Positions 15,083 through 21,678 of a stretch of DNA of 21,678 nucleotides are shown piece after piece. The DNA comes from Calditrichia bacterium (GTDB lineage Bacteria > Calditrichota > Calditrichia > RBG-13-44-9 > J075): the NCBI GenBank assembly GCA_050633245.1, contig JBOEGD010000015.1, positions 1 to 21,678 of the forward strand, given 5' to 3'. Under the pieces are notes generated by a model. It was not told the origin of the DNA, did not search any database, and was given only the letters and a program-made list of their open reading frames with translations. Position 1 is the first letter of the stretch, and each line of letters opens with the position of its first letter. Both the position numbers and the translations under genes were made by a program.

Positions 15083-16708
15083 ATGATCAGCCGGCTAGCA
15101 ACCGCTTGTTTTATTATCTTTCTAAGCCTCACGTCAATTCACGCTCAGGAAACATTGCCCCCCTATCATTGGGCGAATAAGGCTATCGACTATCTAAAAG
15201 TATCCGGATTACTTCCCGAACTTTCCTTAATCGAGCGCCCGTTTAATCGCCAGGATATCGCTAAACACTTGTTGAAAGTAGATGCCAATACGCTCTCAGT
15301 TCGAGATCGTGGAGTCTTGCGTACGCTGTTTCAGGAGTTTGGCATTGAACTGCAACTCCTTGGAAGAACAGACAATAGCGAATGGAGTAGCTTACTAAAG
15401 CAAGCGCTTGAGAATCTTCAGCTCAGCTTACTCCCGGAAACGATTGCACCTCGGCTAAAGGCCGGCTTTTTTACGCTGCCATCATACGACTACAACAGTG
15501 AATTCGACAACCAATTTAATTTCGACACGCATTCTCAGGCCGCAATCGTCTGGCAAGATAAACTAACGCTTTACAGCAACTTACGCGTCTTCAACAACCC
15601 GCCCGAAAACTATATCGGCAAAAGCTTCAGCGATTTGTATGCGTATAATGAACAATCGTATTTACACTATCGCCACGGGTGGTTTTCTGCCAAGTTTGGA
15701 CGCGACTATTTCCAGCTTGGTCCCGGACGCAGTGGTCAACTTCTATTTTCCGATAATAGTCGTCCTTTCGACATGTATCACCTGGCCCTTGGCAATAATA
15801 AGGTCAAGCTCAGCGCATGGGGAATGCGATTAAACGATCGGCGCGTTGTTGAGACTGAATTTCTGGAGCTCGGCCGAACCGCCAATCGCTACATCAATGG
15901 CCATCGGCTCAGCTTCTCGATAAGCGATCGCTTCTATTTCGGCCTTACCGAAGCGGTTATTTACGGCGGTCCACAGCGCGGCTGGGAATTAGCATTAATG
16001 AATCCGGTGTCGGTCTACTACGCGGTGGTCGAGAATTTCCCAGGTCCGAGCTTCTTCGGTAATCTTTTCTATAGTCTGGACTGGGACTTATATCTAACCG
16101 ACGGAGTGGAGCTGTATGGTGAGTTCATGCTGGATGATTTTCAGATTAACAATGAGGATCCAAAGGATCTTGAGCCAACAGAGCTTGCTTTTCTTGCCGG
16201 AGTCAATTGGGCGCCAAAAGCCCTTCCCGGTGCCAAAGTGAATTTAGAGTATGTGCAGGTCCGGAATCGCACCTACAATACCAGCGTAAATGAGTGGGAA
16301 AAATTTCTGCATCGTGGCGAAGAGATTGGTTATTTTCAAGGTAATAACTTCAATCGCATCGGAGCAGAGTTGTCTTATTGGCTACGTCCGGATGCCTACA
16401 TTGCACTTTCCGCCAGCCGCACCAGCCAGGGTGAAGGTAGCGTAAGCGGTAGCTTCAATACAGATTTTCTAAACTTCACCCCGGAAGAGGGCTATAGCGA
16501 AGACTTTCCATTTGGGCAGGTCGAAACGCAAACCAGTTTTGGCGTTTCGGGTTTCTATAAACCGCATCAACGAGGTCATCTCGAGTTCAAGCTTTCTTAT
16601 GATTCGTTTGATGATTTCGAACATGTGGAGGGAAGCAGCTCTTCTAACCTTACAATTCGAACGACAATGTGGTTGGAGTGGAACAAACTTTGGAATTTCA
16701 GCAACTAG
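15083..16708 (+). CDS. Capsule assembly Wzi family outer-membrane beta-barrel
   Basis: 541 aa, with a signal peptide and a GGAG RBS. Motifs RPFNRQDIA, KFGRDYFQLGPGRSGQLLFSDNSRPFD, GHRL, GLTEAVIYGG and LYGEFMLDD, with amphipathic aromatic strands. Confidence 0.8.
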   Translation: MISRLATACFIIFLSLTSIHAQETLPPYHWANKAIDYLKVSGLLPELSLIERPFNRQDIAKHLLKVDANTLSVRDRGVLRTLFQEFGIELQLLGRTDNSEWSSLLKQALENLQLSLLPETIAPRLKAGFFTLPSYDYNSEFDNQFNFDTHSQAAIVWQDKLTLYSNLRVFNNPPENYIGKSFSDLYAYNEQSYLHYRHGWFSAKFGRDYFQLGPGRSGQLLFSDNSRPFDMYHLALGNNKVKLSAWGMRLNDRRVVETEFLELGRTANRYINGHRLSFSISDRFYFGLTEAVIYGGPQRGWELALMNPVSVYYAVVENFPGPSFFGNLFYSLDWDLYLTDGVELYGEFMLDDFQINNEDPKDLEPTELAFLAGVNWAPKALPGAKVNLEYVQVRNRTYNTSVNEWEKFLHRGEEIGYFQGNNFNRIGAELSYWLRPDAYIALSASRTSQGEGSVSGSFNTDFLNFTPEEGYSEDFPFGQVETQTSFGVSGFYKPHQRGHLEFKLSYDSFDDFEHVEGSSSSNLTIRTTMWLEWNKLWNFSN

Positions 16709-16715
16709 ACAATTT

Positions 16716-16744
16716 TACTGCTGCCTTCAGCGAAGGCAGCAGTA
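16716..16744. terminator. Strong hairpin between the convergent wzi and mrp genes (probable bidirectional terminator or 3' stabiliser)
   Basis: Perfect 13-bp inverted repeat TACTGCTGCCTTC-AGC-GAAGGCAGCAGTA. There is no clear U tract on either strand. Confidence 0.65.
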
Positions 16745-16764
16745 TGCTAAACATAGCGAGCGCA

Positions 16765-17862
16765 TTAATTCGCTACGCGTTCGAGCAACCCTTCTTTTAA
16801 TAGCTTACGAGCAATAACTCGGAACGCTTCGGTAGCAGCGCTATCGGGATTGCGAGCAACTATTGGCGTTCCGGCATCTCCGGCTTCCGCAACGAGTGGG
16901 TCAATAGGGATTTCGCCAAGAAAAGCAACGTCAAGTTCTTCAGCTGCTTTGGCACCGCCACCTTTGCCAAAAATATAAACAGGCTCGCCACCCTCTTTCG
17001 ATGGAAAGAAACTCATATTTTCCACAACACCAAAGGTATGGATATTCATTTTCTTAAACATCTGATGTCCACGGCGTGCATCAACCAGAGAAACCTCCTG
17101 AGGCGTTGTCACAACAACGGCCCCGGTCAGCGGCACTTTTTGCACTAAACTCAGTTGAACATCACCCGTTCCCGGTGGAAGATCGAGCAGCAATACATCG
17201 AGTTCTCCCCAAAGCACATCGCGCAGAAACTGTTCGACAGCTTTATTTACCATCGGCCCACGCCAAATAACCGGCGTATCGCGTCCTACAATAAATCCCA
17301 TCGACATCATTTTAATATTAAATTTTTCAATCGGCAGCAGCTTCTGATCTTCGCTGACCATCGGTTTTTCTTCAACACCCATCATGATGTGCACGCTCGG
17401 CCCATAAATATCGCTATCGAGCAGACCAACCTTCAATCCTTCTTGCGCGAGTGCAATGGCCAGGTTGGTGCTAACTGTGGATTTTCCAACGCCACCTTTG
17501 CCGGATGCAACAGCGAGCACGCTTTTCACACCGGGAATGGCCGCCCGACCAGCCCAGGGATCATTACCTGGTTTGCCGGATGGATTTACTCTCGGAGTTG
17601 CCGGAGCATTAAGAGTTGGCAGGCCTTCTACAACCATTGTTCGAAAGTCCGGCAGTTCCTTACGCAGACGCTCCTGCGCTGCTGCCTTTACCTGCGTTTT
17701 AGTCTTTGCATCATCTGTATTGAACTTCAGGGTAACCGTTACGCGATTCCCTTTTATGCTTAGGGCATTGACCACGCCAAAGGATACAATATCCTCGTTA
17801 TACCCGGGATAGGGTACGGCTTTCAGAAGGTCTAATATTTGTTCTTCGTTAATCTCCGTCAC
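16765..17862 (-). CDS. mrp: Mrp/NBP35 (ApbC) family P-loop ATPase with an N-terminal DUF59-like domain, cysteine-free
   Basis: Motifs VASGKGGVGKST, DSDIYGPS, WRGPM, WGELDVLLLDLPPGTGDVQL, VTTPQ and GVVENMS. The GTG start has its GGAG RBS inside the plsX 3' end. Confidence 0.92.
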   Translation of the reverse strand: MTEINEEQILDLLKAVPYPGYNEDIVSFGVVNALSIKGNRVTVTLKFNTDDAKTKTQVKAAAQERLRKELPDFRTMVVEGLPTLNAPATPRVNPSGKPGNDPWAGRAAIPGVKSVLAVASGKGGVGKSTVSTNLAIALAQEGLKVGLLDSDIYGPSVHIMMGVEEKPMVSEDQKLLPIEKFNIKMMSMGFIVGRDTPVIWRGPMVNKAVEQFLRDVLWGELDVLLLDLPPGTGDVQLSLVQKVPLTGAVVVTTPQEVSLVDARRGHQMFKKMNIHTFGVVENMSFFPSKEGGEPVYIFGKGGGAKAAEELDVAFLGEIPIDPLVAEAGDAGTPIVARNPDSAATEAFRVIARKLLKEGLLERVAN

Positions 17863-17865
17863 GTT

Positions 17866-18927
17866 CTAACTCTCCTTTTCACTTCCATCATCAAACATAT
17901 GCATGTAGTATTCCTTCATCGATGCTTCTATTTTAGCAACCACATTATTGCCGGCAGAACGATCTGCTAAGAGAATGGCATTCTTGATAGCCTTAGCTTT
18001 AGAACGACCATGTGCCTTAATAACCAGCTTGCGAAATCCCAAAATTGGTGCCCCACCCTGCTCTGAATAATCGAGACGTTTTTTCAGCTTCTTCAAGACC
18101 GGAGACAACATTGCCAGTCCAACTTTGGACATCACGTTCTTCTTCCAAATTTGCTTACCCGTTTGAATGCCCATTTCAGCAATACCTTCGAGGCTTTTTA
18201 GCACCACATTTCCGGTATAACCCTCGGTGACAATCACGTCGGCTATGCCGCGCATGATGTCTTTGCCTTCGACATTTCCGATAAAGTTGAAGTGTTTATC
18301 TTTCTTTAACTCCTGATGTGTTTCAACAAGCGTGCTATGACCTTTTGTCTCTTCTTCACCAATATTCAGCAGTCCAATGCGCGGGTTCTGCATGTCCAAC
18401 ACTTCTTTACCGTAGTGCATGCCCATGATGGCAAAAGTGATCAGCTGGCTTACGCTACAGTGGAGCGTTGCACCAACATCCAGCATAATTGAAACGCCCG
18501 GATCGCTGCGCTCCTGCTTCATGGCGGGAAAAATGGCCGCAAGCACTCCACGTTCAATGCCGGGCATTCGAGGAATTTCGCGGGAACAGGCCAAAATTGT
18601 GGCTCCGGTGCTTCCGGCACTCACGAGTGCGTCACCTCCATTTGAACTTATCAAGCGCGAGGCGACAGAAATAGAAGCATCCGGTTTACTATCGAGGGCA
18701 TCTTTCGGTTTTTCATCCATGGCAATCGCTTCTGAAGCGGCGACAATTTCATAACGATCACCAGCAACACCAAGCTCACTGATCATCGGCTGAATTACAT
18801 CCGGTTTCCCAACGAAAAGGCAATAAATTGAAGCGCTTTCCTCCATCGCCGAAGCAGCGCCTTTTAAGATTTCAAGAGGTGCGTGATCGCCTCCCATTGC
18901 ATCAACAACAATTCTATTCCGAGCCAT
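17866..18927 (-). CDS. plsX: Phosphate acyltransferase PlsX (divergent)
   Basis: Motifs IVVDAMGGDHAP, VSAGSTGA, LLNIGEEETKG, FIGNVEG, GYTGNVVLKSLEG, GGAPILG and IKAHGRS. The ATG at 18927 has a GAGGGG RBS. Confidence 0.9.
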   Translation of the reverse strand: MARNRIVVDAMGGDHAPLEILKGAASAMEESASIYCLFVGKPDVIQPMISELGVAGDRYEIVAASEAIAMDEKPKDALDSKPDASISVASRLISSNGGDALVSAGSTGATILACSREIPRMPGIERGVLAAIFPAMKQERSDPGVSIMLDVGATLHCSVSQLITFAIMGMHYGKEVLDMQNPRIGLLNIGEEETKGHSTLVETHQELKKDKHFNFIGNVEGKDIMRGIADVIVTEGYTGNVVLKSLEGIAEMGIQTGKQIWKKNVMSKVGLAMLSPVLKKLKKRLDYSEQGGAPILGFRKLVIKAHGRSKAKAIKNAILLADRSAGNNVVAKIEASMKEYYMHMFDDGSEKES

Positions 18928-18952
18928 TTTTACCCCTCTTAATAATTTTCGC

Positions 18953-18981
18953 AATATACGCCGCAACCGCTTCGTTGGCAA
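18953..18981 (-). promoter_or_regulatory. Putative sigma70-type promoter of plsX-mrp
   Basis: Minus strand has TTGCCA (18981-18976), a 17-nt spacer and TATATT (18958-18953), just upstream of the RBS. Confidence 0.55.
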
Positions 18982-19070
18982 GAAGTTGCACAAAGATCGG
19001 TCTATCTAAACATGCAATACTAATATTTACGATTGTTTTTGCAAAATGACGAGCGGAATGGTACATTTAA

Positions 19071-19084
19071 AAAGTGACCACTTT
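19071..19084. promoter_or_regulatory. Palindromic candidate operator
   Basis: AAAGTG-AC-CACTTT in the divergent plsX/argR intergenic region. Confidence 0.35.
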
Positions 19085-19179
19085 GTATATTCAATCACGC
19101 AATCGACATAAAAAATTGCTAATACTATAGCCCCGTCTTTACGGCTATTGAGCGGGGAAGTTAAGATACACAGCGTGCA

Positions 19180-19204
19180 GCGGATATCTATTCCGCGCTT
19201 TTTT
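19180..19204 (+). terminator. Terminator-like hairpin with no upstream CDS
   Basis: GCGGA-TATCTAT-TCCGC, then GC and T6 (19199-19204). Confidence 0.4.
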
Positions 19205-19451
19205 GACCTAAATTCAGGAGAAATGACAACTAATTACGATACTGAAACCGTACTTAGGTTGACATGTTTTGACAGTATTTGCATTCCGTATAATTCCTTA
19301 TTTGCTCGGGTTTGAATCAGATCAGAATATTTATTGCTAATCTTGGATATTCGATGAGCCGTTAATTTAACAACTGCAGCCTTCTGAAATAGAATTTGCA
19401 GTATCTAAGGGAGCTATTAGGGAGTTCGTTAACACTAAGGAAGGAGTTGGC

Positions 19452-19907
19452 ATGGCAAAGAAGAAGGAACGTCAGTTCGCCATCAAGAAAATTGTTCAGG
19501 AAGAACAAATTGCAAATCAGTCAGAATTACTCGCCAGACTTGAGGAAGATGGTTATTCCACAACTCAGGCGACACTGTCACGAGACCTGCATGAAATGGG
19601 TATAGTGCGAATCCCGACAAACAGTGGATATCGCTACGTAATCTCTGAGCAGGAAGGCAGTCATTCTCTCTACAAAATTGTTAGTATGGAGATCCTCGGT
19701 ATTTACACCAATGAAAATTCGCTGGTAGTGCGCACCATTTATGGTCGTGCGAAAGGTGTTTCGATCTTTATTGACCAAATGAAGCATCGCAATATCCTTG
19801 CTACAGTAGCCGGCGATAATGCTGTGATTGTTGTGCCCGATTCCATCGCTAACCTGAACACGATCAAGGAGGATCTGGAAAATATTGCCGTTCATAAATG
19901 GAGCTAA
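19452..19907 (+). CDS. argR: ArgR family transcriptional regulator
   Basis: 151 aa with an AAGGAG RBS. Winged helix ANQSELLARLEEDGYSTTQATLSRDLHEMGIVR, and C-terminal LVVRT..G.A..ILATVAGDNAVIV. Confidence 0.9.
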   Translation: MAKKKERQFAIKKIVQEEQIANQSELLARLEEDGYSTTQATLSRDLHEMGIVRIPTNSGYRYVISEQEGSHSLYKIVSMEILGIYTNENSLVVRTIYGRAKGVSIFIDQMKHRNILATVAGDNAVIVVPDSIANLNTIKEDLENIAVHKWS

Positions 19908-21678
19908 AGCCACAACTCGTTAAAAACTTATTTCCGTTTGTTCAGAAACCAACTCGCTATCTGGGTAATGAATTTGGTTCGAGCCACGATTCCAACTCAG
20001 AAAGCCGTCATCATACAGTGCTCTGCTATACCGGTTCTTATGAATCCGGTATGCAGAATGCCACGTTTGAGGTTCTTTATCATCTGCTGAACAGCAAAAC
20101 GGCCGGTAGTGCAGATCGTTGTTATGCCCCGGGGCAGGATGCTGCTGCAATCTTTTCTGAGCAGTCCATTCCGCTATTTGCCAACGATTCGCGACGCGAC
20201 TTGCGTAGTTTTCGCATTCTGGCATTCCAGATTGATGATCCGTTATGCTTTCAAGCCATGCTGCTGATGTTGCATCTTTCCGGCCTTCCTCTGAAATCTC
20301 GTGATCGTGATATGACTGCACCATTAGTTATCGCCTATGGCAAGGCGATGTCAAACCCTGAACCCATTGCCGATTTTTGTGACGTCGTAGTATCCGGCTC
20401 ACCGCATTCAGCACTATTCACCATATGTAACCAACCCTATGCAATTCAGGAAGATCAGCCATCTCGCGCGGAATTTCTTAAATCTCTCGCCAGTGAGGGA
20501 TACTATATTCCGGCGAATTATGAACCTTCCTACAGCGCCTTTGAGGATTTTGAGGGGCTGCGCCGAATAAAAGGCACGACCGAGGAAAATACGCCCCCTC
20601 TTCAAAAGGCTACTCCGGTCAGTGAACTTTCCTTTCAACCGCTGATCGCGCTATCAGATATCGGTGAAGCGAATTCCAGTTTAGACATTCCCTATGTGCA
20701 TCCCGATGGACAGCGGCAACTGAACTCGCGTTTGATTCCCGGCAGTCACTCCGGATTCATTGAAAGGCTTCACCCGGCCAGCAGAAAGCAGTTAGATCGT
20801 TTGGGGTATGAGGGCTTGTTTCCCCTATTTTGCGAAACATCCTCCGACTCCGCAATGCTTTGGCGACTGATAAAAGAAACCGCATTTGCACAGGGTAAAC
20901 CCCTTCGGCTGACGACTGATGACGCGCACTTGCGCACCAGCGATCTGGATCTCTCTGCTTTTTCCAAGCAGTTGAAAGAACATCCCTTCAGTGTTGCCGT
21001 CTGTTCCGCCTCACCGCGACTTCGACAAATGTTGAACATCAATCTGCGCGACCATGAGCTGGTTAAGCTGGTTCAGTTTCTAGCGGGGTCAGGTTGGAAG
21101 CGCATTCGGCTGCTGTTCACAATTGGATTGCCGACAGAGCGTGACGAGGACGTTGCTGCTATCTCAGAAATGCTTACTGCGTGCAAAGCAAAACTGAGTT
21201 CATTCGAAGGTACCGAGCTGGCCGTGCAGGTAAATATCTTTGCACCGCTTCCCAATACCAGTCTGCAGTGGGAGCAGATGGAGAGCAAAAGCGTTTTGCA
21301 AAGACGCATTCGGTCCCTCACTATTCCGGATGGCGTAGTAGCCGATATTGCCGATGTCGAAAGCGCGCGGGTTCGTGGCGCTCTGCTACGCGGAGATCGC
21401 CGCCTTGGCAGCGTGCTTGAGCACCTGATTAGCCAAACGCCTTGCAACCCCGGTTCAAAACAATTCAGCGAAGATTGGCAAAATGCTTTTGCTGAGACCG
21501 GTCTGGACATCGCACGTTTCTGTCGTTCGCGATCTCTTATTGATCCGCTTCCATGGGACCTTCTCGGAAGCAGCGAAAAAAGTAATCTAAAGACAGACAA
21601 ACTGCTTGCAGCGGCAAACAAACTGACTCAGGAAAATCGCGATCAGGTATCACTTGGGGCTTCCATCGGCCGTGAACC
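19898..21678 (+). CDS. TIGR03960-like (B12-binding radical SAM family) homologue lacking the Fe-S motif (3' end runs off the window)
   Basis: Not in the ORF track. Hand translation from the ATG at 19898 is open for 593 codons to the edge. Colinear family motifs: FPFVQKPTRYLGNE, YESGMQN...LYHLLN, DRCYAP, LSGLPLKSRDR, PLVIAYG..MSNPEPIADFCD, SPRLRQMLN, GWKRIRLLFTIGLPTERDEDV, FAPLPNTSLQWE, RGDRRLGSVLE and LPWD. Confidence 0.8.
   Translation, partial: MELKPQLVKNLFPFVQKPTRYLGNEFGSSHDSNSESRHHTVLCYTGSYESGMQNATFEVLYHLLNSKTAGSADRCYAPGQDAAAIFSEQSIPLFANDSRRDLRSFRILAFQIDDPLCFQAMLLMLHLSGLPLKSRDRDMTAPLVIAYGKAMSNPEPIADFCDVVVSGSPHSALFTICNQPYAIQEDQPSRAEFLKSLASEGYYIPANYEPSYSAFEDFEGLRRIKGTTEENTPPLQKATPVSELSFQPLIALSDIGEANSSLDIPYVHPDGQRQLNSRLIPGSHSGFIERLHPASRKQLDRLGYEGLFPLFCETSSDSAMLWRLIKETAFAQGKPLRLTTDDAHLRTSDLDLSAFSKQLKEHPFSVAVCSASPRLRQMLNINLRDHELVKLVQFLAGSGWKRIRLLFTIGLPTERDEDVAAISEMLTACKAKLSSFEGTELAVQVNIFAPLPNTSLQWEQMESKSVLQRRIRSLTIPDGVVADIADVESARVRGALLRGDRRLGSVLEHLISQTPCNPGSKQFSEDWQNAFAETGLDIARFCRSRSLIDPLPWDLLGSSEKSNLKTDKLLAAANKLTQENRDQVSLGASIGRE

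Noticed and set aside
17155-17812. 202-aa and 118-aa plus-strand ORFs
   Set aside because: They are antisense shadows of mrp with no motifs.
19920-21621. Minus-strand ORFs of 134, 74, 90 and 182 aa
   Set aside because: They are antisense to the long plus-strand frame starting at 19898, which carries family motifs.
19898-21678. Pseudogene call for the radical-SAM homologue
   Set aside because: There are no stops or frameshifts over 593 codons despite heavy divergence, and the start is coupled to argR.

Overview
This is a bacterial chromosomal window with no mobile element, rRNA, tRNA or CRISPR array. Three secreted proteins end in a (Q/G)NYPNPFNP...KM(L/I)LLR FlgD-Ig/Por-type sorting tail, which suggests an FCB-associated lineage such as Calditrichota (inference). 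From left to right: a partial kmo and kynU (kynurenine route to NAD+) separated by two secreted proteins, one OB-fold and one Omp28-like. Then a TIR-TM-WD40 receptor-like protein, a secreted M14 carboxypeptidase, a repeat-rich convergent intergenic region and a moxR. Then an iaaA-uxs-RmlC-like-wzi run, and finally a divergon of plsX-mrp on the minus strand facing argR and a TIGR03960-like radical-SAM homologue on the plus strand. The two edge genes (kmo and the radical-SAM homologue) are missing from the ORF track and were translated by hand. The most striking pattern is intact genes that have lost hallmark residues: the radical-SAM homologue has no CxxxCxxC, the Mrp/ApbC has no cysteine at all, ArgR has an altered arginine pocket, the TIR domain lacks the NADase Glu, and the RmlC-like cupin lacks its His residues. 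All family assignments come from recalled motifs, not database searches.
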